This document shows, piece after piece, positions 1 to 10,272 of a DNA stretch of 64,000 bases (positions are counted from its first letter, which is position 1; the number at the start of each line of letters is the position of its first letter). Under the pieces are notes generated by a model. It searched no databases, was not told where the DNA came from, and saw nothing but the letters and a program-made list of their open reading frames with translations. The position numbers and the translations under genes are program-made. Location: contig CAAGDP010000198.1 of the NCBI GenBank assembly GCA_900768635.1, positions 9,565 to 73,564 on the forward strand, in the 5' to 3' direction. Source of the stretch: Enterobacterales bacterium. Lineage in GTDB: Bacteria; Pseudomonadota; Gammaproteobacteria; Enterobacterales; Succinivibrionaceae.

Positions 1-3
1 TCA

Positions 4-1059
4 ATGGAGAACATAATTGTGGAACTTATTAAAACTTACCTGCCAGGATTTGTTATATGTATGCTTATAGCCATTCCTGCCTGGTTTCTCGGTCAGGAAT
101 TTCCAATTGTAGGCGGTGCCGTAATTGCCATGCTTCTGGGTATGACCATCGCACTTTTCTGGAATAATAAAAAAGCCTTTGAACCGGGTATGCGCTGGAC
201 TCTTAAATACATTTTACAAACTGCTGTAGTTCTTCTGGGATTTGGTTTAAATCTTGGAGTAGTAATGGAAACCGGATATTCATCCCTGCCAATTATTATC
301 TGTACTATCAGCACCTCCTTCATCATAGCCTGGCTTATGCAAAAAATTCTGAAAATTCAAGGCAACACTTCTATTCTGATTGGTGTTGGAAGTTCAATTT
401 GTGGTGGATCCGCAATTGCTGCAGCTGCACCGGTAATCAAAGCCGACAGTAATGAAGTAGCTCAGTCCATATCAGTTATCTTTCTTTTTAATATACTGGC
501 TGCAGTTCTGTTCCCGGTGCTGGGAAGAGCTCTTGGATTTTCCCACGATCCGGAAGCCTTTGGTCTTTTTGCCGGAACAGCGGTGAACGATACATCTTCA
601 GTAACAGCAGCAGCCTCAGCTTGGGACAGTATGTGGAATCTCGGTACTGGTACTCTTGATTATGCTGTTATGGTCAAACTTACCAGAACATTGGCCATTA
701 TCCCAATTACCTTTGTTTTAGCATGGTATTGCTTCCGCACCCAGTCCGGCGCCGGTCAGGCAGAAAACCAGAACCGCTTTAGCTTAAAGCGTTCACTGCC
801 CCTGTTTATCATCTTCTTCATCCTTGCTGCTGGTATAACTACAGTCTGCCAGTCTTGGGGAGTAACTGCTGAAAGCTTTGCTCCACTGAAAAACCTGTCA
901 AAATTCTGTATTATGATGGCTATGGCCGCGGTGGGATTGAGCAGTAATGTAATCAACCTGATTAGAACCGGCGGTAAACCTATCATTATGGGTGCAGCCT
1001 GCTGGATCGGTATTACTGCAGTGGATCTTATACTTCAGAAAATATTAAACATCTGGTAA
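4..1059 (+). CDS. yeiH: UPF0324/YeiH-family inner-membrane protein (putative sulfate exporter family); N-terminus may be cut by window edge
   Basis: 351-aa polytopic hydrophobic ORF; N-terminus MENIIVELIKTYLPGFVI and Gly-rich TM pattern typical of YeiH-like proteins. Confidence 0.55.
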   Translation: MENIIVELIKTYLPGFVICMLIAIPAWFLGQEFPIVGGAVIAMLLGMTIALFWNNKKAFEPGMRWTLKYILQTAVVLLGFGLNLGVVMETGYSSLPIIICTISTSFIIAWLMQKILKIQGNTSILIGVGSSICGGSAIAAAAPVIKADSNEVAQSISVIFLFNILAAVLFPVLGRALGFSHDPEAFGLFAGTAVNDTSSVTAAASAWDSMWNLGTGTLDYAVMVKLTRTLAIIPITFVLAWYCFRTQSGAGQAENQNRFSLKRSLPLFIIFFILAAGITTVCQSWGVTAESFAPLKNLSKFCIMMAMAAVGLSSNVINLIRTGGKPIIMGAACWIGITAVDLILQKILNIW

Positions 1060-1474
1060 CAGCAGCGATTACTGTACCGTCAAAACGCTTTGCCATCACC
1101 GCTATTAAGAGGTGGTGGCAATTTCTTTTTTAAGAATTAACCCTGAAACAAAACTTTTCTGTGATCAACGGCATGTTACCCGGACAAATTTCACCAGATC
1201 TGTAAAATCGTATATAGTTAAGCATAACAACTATCAGCAGTGTTTTTTATGCTACAATCACCACTTATAGAAATAACAATCATAAACGGAATAGAAGTAA
1301 TGAGAATCAGCTTTGCAGAGCAATCAGACAAGGAAGAAGACTGTTAAGTTTTTCAGCCAATGATTTTTTCAGTTTATGATAAAACTTACACTCTTTCCCT
1401 GAATAAAACTGAATTCTGCATGCAACTTCTCCCCGATATTGTATCCGCAACCTGACAGGAGGTACTGCAGTACC

Positions 1475-2260
1475 ATGAACATTACAGGAATAATCATCAC
1501 ATTAAATGAGGAACGCCATATTGAAGACTGCATCAAAAACATGCAGCAGGTATGTGATGAAATAATTGTTGTGGACTCCATTTCCACCGACAATACTGTA
1601 CAAATTGCAGAAAAACTAGGGGCAAAGGTTGTAAAACAGGCTTATTTAGGAGACGGATTCCAAAAAAATGTAGGTCTCCCCCATGCCACCAATGACTGGG
1701 TCTTAAGCCTGGATGCTGACGAACGACTGACGGAACAAATGGTTTCATCCATCAAAATGTTAGATCTTAACAACACCCCATACGATGCTTTTGCATTCCC
1801 AAGAAGAAACTATATCGGCAGTCGCTGGATCAGACATTGCGGATGGTATCCGGATATTTGTATTCGACTTTACAACCGGCATAAGACCAAATTCCGGGAA
1901 GTAAAACAACACTCCTTTGTAGAAACCAAAAATTATCAGATCATACGCAGTGATATTTTGCATTATTCCTTCAGAAACCTGGGAGAACTTTTTGCCAAAC
2001 AGGGAAGAAACTTCTCCACCCGCAGCGCCAAAATCATGTATCAGAAAGGTAAAAAAGCTCATTGCTGGAGCCCTGTTCTCCATGGAACAAATGCATTCCT
2101 CCGCCGTTACCTGTTTACTGCAGGTTTTCTGGACGGTGTTGACGGGATTACCGTAAGTCTCAGCTCTGCAGTTAACAGCTATCTTAAATATGCAAAGTTA
2201 CTGGAATACCAGCGCGACCCGCAGGTTCTGAAAAATGAGAATTTCGATCAAATTTGGTAA
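1475..2260 (+). CDS. Family-2 glycosyltransferase, LPS core type (WaaE/KdtX/LgtF-like)
   Basis: N-terminal GT2 signature IIITLNEERHIEDCI...VVDSISTDNT...SLDADE (DXD); start moved to internal Met MNITG preceding the GT2 fold. Confidence 0.6.
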   Translation: MNITGIIITLNEERHIEDCIKNMQQVCDEIIVVDSISTDNTVQIAEKLGAKVVKQAYLGDGFQKNVGLPHATNDWVLSLDADERLTEQMVSSIKMLDLNNTPYDAFAFPRRNYIGSRWIRHCGWYPDICIRLYNRHKTKFREVKQHSFVETKNYQIIRSDILHYSFRNLGELFAKQGRNFSTRSAKIMYQKGKKAHCWSPVLHGTNAFLRRYLFTAGFLDGVDGITVSLSSAVNSYLKYAKLLEYQRDPQVLKNENFDQIW

Positions 2261-2266
2261 CACCCT

Positions 2267-3487
2267 ATGTCATCCTTGAAGAGCGTGAACAATCCGGGGA
2301 TTCTTCTGTGTACTGATAATTATCTCCGTATCGGTGCAGAGCAGATTGGTGGCATAGAAAGAATATCTGTCATACTGATAAACCTGCTTCGAAAAACCGG
2401 ATGCAGATTTTTCAATGCATTCAAAAAAACTGATGACGGATCAGGTCCGGATGATCTGGATGATCATAATTTCAGTCCCTGCGAACGAATTTGGGTGTTA
2501 AATGAAACATCCATTGATGACGTAACAAAATTTGTGCTGGTAAATAACATTACTGTCATTCATCTCCAGCAGGCAGAATCTCGGGATTTTCTGTTTTATC
2601 ATCTGGTTGCAATACGTACCGGATGCCGGTTGATTTATTCCATGCTGGAAAAACCCCTGGGTGATTTGTACCGGTACCGTTTATCCTACAACCTCGATGC
2701 TCTTATCCGGGTTCCATGGAAAAACAAATGGCAGATTCTTATCCGTCTGCTGACTTCCGGTACCAGATCACAGATCAGACATGGCCAGTTGCAAAAAAAG
2801 GCCGTTCAAAGCTTTAAGTACTGCGATAAGATTATTCTTCAATCTGAACTCTATATCCCGGCCCTCGAAAAACTTCTGCAACGTCAGGTATCCGACAGAA
2901 AACTCACGGTTCTTCCTAACTGTGTATCCTACCCGGACTTTTTTGCAGAAGAGAACATTCCCCATCTTAAGCAGCGGGAAGCACTGGTAATTGGAAACTT
3001 AAATGAAGAGTCATCCAAATTAAGTGTGATTATTAATATCTGGAAACAACTGCATAAAACCTTTGGCAACTGGACTCTGCGCATTCTGGGAGACGGGCAG
3101 GACTTCGGTTTTTATAAAAAAATAATAAATAAGAATGACGGAATCATTCTTGAAGGACGTCAGGAGCCGATTCTTTATTATCAATCAGCTTCCATATTTG
3201 TAACAGCCTGCACTTCTGCAAAAAGCTTTTGCTCTCCATTACTTGACGCCATGCAGAACGCATTGGTACCAGTTATTCTGGACACCAGTGAAATATACAG
3301 CGACATAATAGAAAACGAGGTTAGTGGCTTCATTGTCAGCGATATGATCCAAATGGAAAGAACCTTGGAAAAGCTTATGTCCGATAGGATTTTATGCCAA
3401 AAAATAGCTCGCAAAGCCCTCTCCAGAGCTAAATTGCACGGGCAGCTGATCTATGCCAGAAAGTATTACGATCTTTATCACAGTTAA
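2267..3487 (+). CDS. GT4/GT1-type glycosyltransferase (LPS/oligosaccharide biosynthesis)
   Basis: C-terminal EX7E-like block EGRQEPILYYQSASIFVTACTSAKSFCSPLLDAMQNALVPVILD...VSGFIV typical of retaining GT-B glycosyltransferases; contiguous with GT2 gene. Confidence 0.5.
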   Translation: MSSLKSVNNPGILLCTDNYLRIGAEQIGGIERISVILINLLRKTGCRFFNAFKKTDDGSGPDDLDDHNFSPCERIWVLNETSIDDVTKFVLVNNITVIHLQQAESRDFLFYHLVAIRTGCRLIYSMLEKPLGDLYRYRLSYNLDALIRVPWKNKWQILIRLLTSGTRSQIRHGQLQKKAVQSFKYCDKIILQSELYIPALEKLLQRQVSDRKLTVLPNCVSYPDFFAEENIPHLKQREALVIGNLNEESSKLSVIINIWKQLHKTFGNWTLRILGDGQDFGFYKKIINKNDGIILEGRQEPILYYQSASIFVTACTSAKSFCSPLLDAMQNALVPVILDTSEIYSDIIENEVSGFIVSDMIQMERTLEKLMSDRILCQKIARKALSRAKLHGQLIYARKYYDLYHS

Positions 3488-3591
3488 TTCCGTAATCATC
3501 TCCGGCTTATAAAAAAAGCAGGTCTTACAACAGGTCACTTAAGAATTTAAGAACCGGTCAACCTATGGTAGAATTAAGGGTCGTTTAACAT

Positions 3592-5427
3592 TTGAGTAGT
3601 CATATGTCAAAAAAGAAGAAGCAAAAGAAAGTTAAAAATGAAGACGTATCCCAAATAGGGTTTATTCAGGGTTATGCCAAAATGTGGCCATTCATAAAGA
3701 AATATGTATGGTTTACAGTTTTAGGTGTAATTTTAACTGTTCCCGTCGGAACATTAGATGCGTTGATTGCTCTGTTCCTAAAACCTTTTATGGATGACGT
3801 AATGGTCAGTAAACAGGAGGAGTTTGCATCCAACGTCCCTTTGGTTATTATTGGTTTTGTTATTATTCAGGGCATATTCATATATACATCCACGCTGGTT
3901 AATTCCTATGTAGGCGGTAAAGTAAATCTTGATCTGCGTACTGTTCTGTTCAAAAAGCTTTTAGATCAGGACTGCAAATTCTATGACACCCATGACTCAG
4001 GAACTATTATTTTCCGCTTTTATAACGATGCGGAAATAGCAACCAGCGGTCTTATAAACAATTTCAAATTATTCCTGACCAAGTTTTTCTCATCAGTGTC
4101 TTTGGTATTTGTTATGATTTACACATCATGGCAATTATCCTGTGCTGCTCTCGGAATTCTGTTGTTCCTGATTCTTCCTCTCAGAATTGTTCGTAAAAGA
4201 ATAAATGTAATAATGAAAAAGACAGTAATGGAAGGAGCATTCATACTTACCATCTACAACGAAAACACTGCCGGCAACCGCATAATCAGATCTTTCACTC
4301 TGGAAGACACTGTTATGAAAAAGTTCAGATACTCTGCCAAATTCCTTTTTGGTATGGGTATGAAAATGGTTCGTGATACCAATTGGCTATCCCCAATGAT
4401 GCATGTGGTAAGTGCCGTAGGTGTGGCAACGGTAATCTGGTATGGAGGACATCTGATTGTTACCCAGCAGATCACCAGTGGTTCATTTGTAGCCTTTATT
4501 GCAGCTCTGATTATGCTCTACACCCCTCTTAAATCCATTGGCAACAACTATATCCAGTTGCAACAGTCTTTTCTGGCAGTTGAACGTATTTACGAAATGC
4601 TAGATATAAAAACCGCTGCGGAAAAAGAGCGGGAAGGACAGCAGGATAAGGAACTTAAAGAGCTTACCGGTGTTAATAAATCTATTGAGTTCAAGCATGT
4701 AACCTTCAGCTATACTAATCAGAAGAAGGTTCTGGATGACATCAGCTTTACCGTAAAAAAGGGGGAAAAGCTAGCGTTGGTGGGTAACAGTGGCGGAGGT
4801 AAAACTACCGTATGCAGTCTTATCCCAAGATTATACGAAATTAATAAGGGCGAGATACTTATAGACGGGCAGGATATTCGTCAGTTTACCCTTAAGTCTC
4901 TTCGTCAGAATATAGCATTTGTTTTTCAGGATAACTTTTTGTTTTCAGGAACAATCCGCGAAAACATAATGATGGGAAATCCGGAAGCTTCTGAAGAAGA
5001 GATGCTTGAAGCATGTCGCAATGCCTGTCTTGATGAATTTCTAAAAAAACTTCCTAACGGCATCGACACTGAAATCGGAGAACGGGGCATACTCCTCTCC
5101 GGCGGGCAGAAACAACGTGTGGCTATTGCCCGGGCTTTCATCAAGAACGCTCCCCTGGTTATACTTGACGAAGCTACCAGTGCTCTTGACAATAAATCTG
5201 AAAAAGTTGTTCAGGAAGCTCTTGATAATCTGATGAAAAACAAAACAGTACTTGTTATTGCCCATCGCCTAAGTACTATAATTGATTCTGATTGTATTAT
5301 GGTTATAAATGACGGTCACATCGTGGAAAAGGGATCTCATGATCAGCTGGTTTCTCAAGGCGGGGCCTACGAAGCATTATACAAGTCCCAGTTTAAAAAA
5401 CGTGAAAGTGATGCATCTAAGGCATAA
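3592..5427 (+). CDS. ABC exporter, fused permease-ATPase (MsbA-like lipid/LPS flippase family)
   Basis: 6-TM N-terminal domain, Walker A GNSGGGKTT, ABC signature LSGGQKQRVAIARA, Walker B ILDEATSALD, H-loop AHRLSTI. Confidence 0.75.
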   Translation: MSSHMSKKKKQKKVKNEDVSQIGFIQGYAKMWPFIKKYVWFTVLGVILTVPVGTLDALIALFLKPFMDDVMVSKQEEFASNVPLVIIGFVIIQGIFIYTSTLVNSYVGGKVNLDLRTVLFKKLLDQDCKFYDTHDSGTIIFRFYNDAEIATSGLINNFKLFLTKFFSSVSLVFVMIYTSWQLSCAALGILLFLILPLRIVRKRINVIMKKTVMEGAFILTIYNENTAGNRIIRSFTLEDTVMKKFRYSAKFLFGMGMKMVRDTNWLSPMMHVVSAVGVATVIWYGGHLIVTQQITSGSFVAFIAALIMLYTPLKSIGNNYIQLQQSFLAVERIYEMLDIKTAAEKEREGQQDKELKELTGVNKSIEFKHVTFSYTNQKKVLDDISFTVKKGEKLALVGNSGGGKTTVCSLIPRLYEINKGEILIDGQDIRQFTLKSLRQNIAFVFQDNFLFSGTIRENIMMGNPEASEEEMLEACRNACLDEFLKKLPNGIDTEIGERGILLSGGQKQRVAIARAFIKNAPLVILDEATSALDNKSEKVVQEALDNLMKNKTVLVIAHRLSTIIDSDCIMVINDGHIVEKGSHDQLVSQGGAYEALYKSQFKKRESDASKA

Positions 5428-5447
5428 CCAACATCAAGGAACTCCAG

Positions 5448-6467
5448 ATGCAGGATAACAGAATGACTGATAATGAAAAGAATAAACAGACTTTTGTCAA
5501 TGAATGGAAGGAATTGATAAAGAATGATGATATTTCCTTATTCCAGATTTTAAAGTTTAATCACTTCCGCAAAAACAAAGGTATTATTCACGATCTGGCA
5601 TTCATTTGGAAAGTTCTGGCTCATCCAAAAACCTACCGCAGATTTATTAATCTGCTGCGTAGGCCTTGCTGCGAAAGTGCTGCCATTACGGATGTCAGCA
5701 TAATGTACAAAATCCTGCGTCCTTATGAAACAAGTGATCTGACCAGCAGCGAAAGAGTCAGTGTTCTGGAAAATCACTACAATCTGCTCTCTGAATTTTT
5801 CACCATTAAGCAATTTAATACTCTGGGTACTAATCAAGGATTAAATATCATTAATTATCCCCAGACAGAATCCTATCCGGGTGATGTAACTGTTTCGCTT
5901 CAATATAACGGCACTCACCGCCGGGAAGGTGAACTGACTGTAGCTATTTTGAAAACCATTTACGATGAAGGGAAGCAGCATTATTCCAAAGGGCGAATCT
6001 TTTCCATTGCCATGAACTTTGGATATGTAAATAACGAAAAAGCTATCAAAATCAATTCCATTCAGGGATGCGCCCATTATTTTAAGGAGCCCCAGAAAGA
6101 AATTTCCAGCGTAACCAAACAGGGGTATGGAATTCTTCCCAAATATCTGATGCTGGAAATTGCATTTAAGATAGCTGAAATAATGGGAATAAAACATGTC
6201 CTCGGAATAAAAAAAGCCAGCCATGTTTATAGCAACGCCCATTATAAAGCCCGGGTATCCTCTGATGAGTTTCGTTATGATTATGACAAACAGTGGGCAG
6301 AGTTCGGAGGAAAGGAGTACAGCCCTAATTATTACGAACTCTTCCCTATTAAGAGAACACCCATCGAAGAAGTACCTTCCAAAAAAAGGTCTCAGCATAG
6401 AAAACGCTATGCGTTCCTTGATGAGATTAAGCTTAACCTTGAAAAACTATTTGTTAAACAGCAGTAA
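5448..6467 (+). CDS. Hypothetical protein, possibly VirK/YbjX (DUF535)-like; function unknown
   Basis: 339-aa ORF with good coding periodicity, 20 nt after ABC exporter stop, stop overlapping priA start; family assignment from memory only. Confidence 0.35.
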   Translation: MQDNRMTDNEKNKQTFVNEWKELIKNDDISLFQILKFNHFRKNKGIIHDLAFIWKVLAHPKTYRRFINLLRRPCCESAAITDVSIMYKILRPYETSDLTSSERVSVLENHYNLLSEFFTIKQFNTLGTNQGLNIINYPQTESYPGDVTVSLQYNGTHRREGELTVAILKTIYDEGKQHYSKGRIFSIAMNFGYVNNEKAIKINSIQGCAHYFKEPQKEISSVTKQGYGILPKYLMLEIAFKIAEIMGIKHVLGIKKASHVYSNAHYKARVSSDEFRYDYDKQWAEFGGKEYSPNYYELFPIKRTPIEEVPSKKRSQHRKRYAFLDEIKLNLEKLFVKQQ

Positions 6468-8653
6468 TGTATTACCTGAAGGTTGCACTTCCTGTATATA
6501 TCTTTGATTCGTTCTATTACAAAAGTACGGTTCCTGTTCTGGCAGGTTGTCGTGTTTCTGTAAATTTTCATAATCGCCTCCTCTTTGGTGTTGTTCTGTC
6601 ATTATGTACCACCCCTCCTGAAGATTTTCCTGAAAAATCCATTAAGCAGGTGGAAAATATTCTGGATCGTAATCCCTACTGGAATCAGCAGACACTTCAG
6701 CTCATTACTTTTGCTGCATCCTACCAGCATATGCCTATCGGCGAAATTATTGAAATAGCGCAGCCGGTAGCATTGAGGAAAGGAGCATCTTCTGAACCCA
6801 AACCTGTTAAAGGATATCAACTGACAGATCCCTCATATGCGCCAAGAAATGAACAACAGAGCAAAATCCTCCAATATCTGAAAGATCAGCCCATATCTAA
6901 TCAGGAATTGCGCGGTCTCAATCTTTCCCAGTCGGCATTGCGAACCCTGATCAAACGTCAGGTAATTACTGAGTTCGATATGAACTCTCTGAAAAAGGAT
7001 ATTTTCCACAATCTTCTTTTCACCAATAAATACACTCTTAATCAGGAGCAAACTGCAGCATATAATGCCATTGTCGGATCTATCGGTAAATTTCAGGTAT
7101 TTCTCCTGCAGGGTGTAACAGGTTCCGGTAAAACAGAAGTTTACATGCAGACTATTGAGCAGGTACTGCTTAAAGGACAGCAGGTTCTGGTTATGGTGCC
7201 GGAAATAGGACTTACTCCTCAGACAATTGATCGTTTTCACCGCCATTTCAACATTCCTATTGCAGCTATGCATTCCGGTTTGACAGATCGGGAACGCCTT
7301 GATAACTATATAGCCTGCCGGGATGGAAATATCGGCATACTGATAGGAACCAGATCTTCCGTTTTTACCCCTTTTAAAAATCTGGGAATGATTATTGTTG
7401 ATGAGGAACATGACCAATCCTACAAGCAACAGGACACCTGTCGCTATAACGGGAAAAATCTGGCAATCTACAAGGCAAAACTTGCCGGATGCCCGGTTGT
7501 ATTAGGATCGGCCACACCAAGCATGGAATCTTTGTATAATGCCCTAACCGGAAAATATCAACGGTTAGTTTTAAGCAATCGTGCCTGCAAAAATTCCGGA
7601 AGTATTACTACTGAAATTATTGATATTCGAAACACACCTCTTCAGGCAGGAATATCCCCACGTCTTTTAGATAGTATTTCTCAGGAATTACAAAAAGGTA
7701 ATCAGGTAATTATCTTTCTGAATCGCAGGGGTTACGCCAATCAGGTAATATGTCAGAATTGTGGTTATGTACTTCAATGTGAAAACTGCGATTCTTTTCT
7801 TACCTATCATAAATCAAAACATATCTTAAACTGCCATCATTGTGAATCCAGCTGGGCACTACCTGATGCCTGTCCCAAATGCGGAGCTCAAAGCCTTACC
7901 ATTGAAGGTAACGGCACTGAGCAAATTGAAGAGTTTTTGCATCAGGCACTTCCTGATTACCCGATTCTCCGTTTTGATCGGGATACCATAACCAAACCAG
8001 GTGATATGCAGAACCATCTGGAAGGAATTCTTTCCGGTAATTACAAAATAATTATTGGAACCCAGATTATCGCCAAGGGGCATCACTTTCCAAATGTAAC
8101 ACTGATAGCTCTTATCAACATCGATTCTGCCTTGTTTTCCAATGATTTCCGATCTACCGAACAATTAGCTCAGCTGTATACTCAGGTTGCAGGACGGACA
8201 GGAAGGGAAGAGAAACCGGGAAAAGTTATTCTGCAAAGTTATGTTCCCAATCAGGCTGTTCTCCAGACGATAGTGGCGGAGGGATATGACACCTTTGCCA
8301 AATACTGTCTGGAAGAAAGAAAATATCTTGATCTTCCTCCTTATTCCTTTCAGGCCCTGGTACGAGTGGAAAATACAGATAAAGCCAGAGTATATCAATT
8401 TGCAGAGGAATTGTACCGCTGTGCGACTGGCATTACCCGAGGAGATCCTGAAATTGGGATAAGTTTGCCCTATCAGGCTATGATGGAACGTAAGCAGAAC
8501 AAATATCACGTTCTGATAATGATACAGTCCCCAAGTCGAGTGAAGATTTCTCATCTTCTGGATCAAATTCAGGAACTGATCACCAGTAAACGCTTAAACA
8601 CATTCGGTGTATCCTATTATATCGATGTAGATCCAACAGAAGTATTGCAGTGA
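6467..8653 (+). CDS. priA: Primosomal protein N' (replication restart helicase PriA)
   Basis: Walker A LLQGVTGSGKTEVYMQ, DEEH box IIVDEEHD, Cys-rich zinc-binding insert CQNCGYVLQCENC...CHHCES...CPKCG, 728 aa. Confidence 0.9.
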   Translation: MYYLKVALPVYIFDSFYYKSTVPVLAGCRVSVNFHNRLLFGVVLSLCTTPPEDFPEKSIKQVENILDRNPYWNQQTLQLITFAASYQHMPIGEIIEIAQPVALRKGASSEPKPVKGYQLTDPSYAPRNEQQSKILQYLKDQPISNQELRGLNLSQSALRTLIKRQVITEFDMNSLKKDIFHNLLFTNKYTLNQEQTAAYNAIVGSIGKFQVFLLQGVTGSGKTEVYMQTIEQVLLKGQQVLVMVPEIGLTPQTIDRFHRHFNIPIAAMHSGLTDRERLDNYIACRDGNIGILIGTRSSVFTPFKNLGMIIVDEEHDQSYKQQDTCRYNGKNLAIYKAKLAGCPVVLGSATPSMESLYNALTGKYQRLVLSNRACKNSGSITTEIIDIRNTPLQAGISPRLLDSISQELQKGNQVIIFLNRRGYANQVICQNCGYVLQCENCDSFLTYHKSKHILNCHHCESSWALPDACPKCGAQSLTIEGNGTEQIEEFLHQALPDYPILRFDRDTITKPGDMQNHLEGILSGNYKIIIGTQIIAKGHHFPNVTLIALINIDSALFSNDFRSTEQLAQLYTQVAGRTGREEKPGKVILQSYVPNQAVLQTIVAEGYDTFAKYCLEERKYLDLPPYSFQALVRVENTDKARVYQFAEELYRCATGITRGDPEIGISLPYQAMMERKQNKYHVLIMIQSPSRVKISHLLDQIQELITSKRLNTFGVSYYIDVDPTEVLQ

Positions 8654-8753
8654 CCCTGAGATATTTCTGAAGATTTTGTACAGCTCTGCATTATTGAGAA
8701 ACATCAGTAAAATGATAAAATAGCGCAGATATATAAAAACAAGGTAAAACGAA

Positions 8754-9176
8754 ATGATAAATATTGATGATGTCTATCGTGATTTGGAACATTCCATTGA
8801 TCAAGCTGAAGAAAGATTTGAAAATCTCCGTCTTACTGCCCACAATAAATACCATGCGCTGAAAGACGAGGCTAACGAAAAAATTGCAGGTCTGAATGAA
8901 GAAATAGAAAGACTTAAGTCTCGTTTTGCTGAATTTGAAGAAGAAAAGAAAGGTATTCAGAAACTCCATGACCGCATCAGACAGCTAGAGGACGAGAATC
9001 AGGAAATCAGCAGACTTCAGGAACAGGTTGTTAAACTGCAGCAGGAAAACGAAAAAGCATTGTCTCTTGAAAGAGAAATCCAGAAATTACGCAATGAAAA
9101 TGCCCGTATTAAAGATGAATATCGTGCCTGGAAGGATACTCTTAAAGGCTGTGTAAAGAAGCTTGGTCTGTTTTAA
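8754..9176 (+). CDS. Coiled-coil protein of unknown function (140 aa)
   Basis: Heptad-repeat, Glu/Lys/Gln-rich sequence throughout (LEDENQEISRLQEQVVKLQQENEKALSLEREIQKLRNENARIKDEY); occupies the priA-ftsN interval. Confidence 0.45.
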   Translation: MINIDDVYRDLEHSIDQAEERFENLRLTAHNKYHALKDEANEKIAGLNEEIERLKSRFAEFEEEKKGIQKLHDRIRQLEDENQEISRLQEQVVKLQQENEKALSLEREIQKLRNENARIKDEYRAWKDTLKGCVKKLGLF

Positions 9177-9415
9177 TAAAGAAGTCAGGGGTAAGTGTCT
9201 GATGCTATCGTTTGAAATTTCTGACTTTCTCCTGACATTCCGCATTAAACAGCTTCTGCCAGGATAAAAAATTACACCGAATTTCCCAGTGTAAGTTTCT
9301 TCGAAATCTGATATTAACAATCTTTATAAAATGGTTTTATCAAGATACATCATAAATATCAGTAGCAGCATTAAGATCTGAACAAATTGTCATAGTAATG
9401 ACATCAGATTAAATA

Positions 9416-10270
9416 TCACTTAATCAAAAATACATTGCAATTACTTACAACTTTCTCACTTTTCAGTTTGGTAAGTATATCCGCAGCCATATTTTTAGTT
9501 GCATAAGGTCCGATGATCACCCGATACCAGATGATTTTATTTACATCCGCATTTACAATGCGCACTTTCTGACCTTTTGCTTCCAATTTCTGTTTAAGAG
9601 CTACCGCCTGGGAAAATGACTTGAATGCCCCACACTGCATAAGATATTGACCAGAGGTTCCCAATGACAATTTCGTTGAGGTATTGGCTTTGCCAGATCC
9701 CTTCTGATAACGGGGATTTGCTTCAATCTGATCTGCAGTCAGCTTTGTGGATGGGGTTTCTGCAGCCCGGAAAGTAGTACCATCCACCATCAGGATCTTA
9801 TCATCCTGACCAAGCTTTACAGTATGTACTTTGCTTTCACCTGGAGTATTCAGACTTCCATTAAGAATATCCTGAGCTCGCTTGGCTTCTGCCTGTCGCG
9901 ACTCCTTGCGACTCATATCAATTATAAGTTCCGGAGTATTAACCTTGGACGGTTTTTTGGAAGAATTCTTTGCAGGCTTGTTAGCAGGTTTAATTTCTGA
10001 ACTTTCCAGAAGCTTACGATATTCATAGGGATCTTCCTTAGGACGCTGATCAACAATTGGAATATCCTTCTTCTGGGGAGTTTTGGAAAGGGAAGAAGCC
10101 TCTCCTCTTTTATTCTGAGATTTTATATACCATAACCCGCCGATAACAATCGCAAGAACTACCATGGCCACAAGGAGCTTAATAAAGCTAACTGTGGTTG
10201 AGTTATTTTTAGCAGAGGTTCCGGCTCGTTTCTTGCGTGGTGCCCGGGAATTTGCGTAATCACGGGCCAT
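9416..10270 (-). CDS. ftsN: Cell division protein FtsN (SPOR-domain)
   Basis: N-terminus MARDYANSRAPRKKR then single TM, Pro/Lys-rich linker, C-terminal SPOR motif LMQCGAFKSFSQAVALKQKLEAKGQKVRIV...WYRVIIGPYATKNMAADILTKLK matching E. coli FtsN. Confidence 0.75.
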   Translation of the reverse strand: MARDYANSRAPRKKRAGTSAKNNSTTVSFIKLLVAMVVLAIVIGGLWYIKSQNKRGEASSLSKTPQKKDIPIVDQRPKEDPYEYRKLLESSEIKPANKPAKNSSKKPSKVNTPELIIDMSRKESRQAEAKRAQDILNGSLNTPGESKVHTVKLGQDDKILMVDGTTFRAAETPSTKLTADQIEANPRYQKGSGKANTSTKLSLGTSGQYLMQCGAFKSFSQAVALKQKLEAKGQKVRIVNADVNKIIWYRVIIGPYATKNMAADILTKLKSEKVVSNCNVFLIK

Positions 10271-10272
10271 AA

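Noticed and set aside
5841-6398. Antisense and shadow ORFs of 60-200 aa inside well-supported genes (e.g. 5841-6398, 6833-7429, 8165-8566, 12579-13160, 42742-43239, 52516-53136, 57762-58184, 60893-61255)
   Set aside because: They lie entirely within, and opposite to, genes with strong homology support. They show low-complexity or atypical composition consistent with frame shadows.
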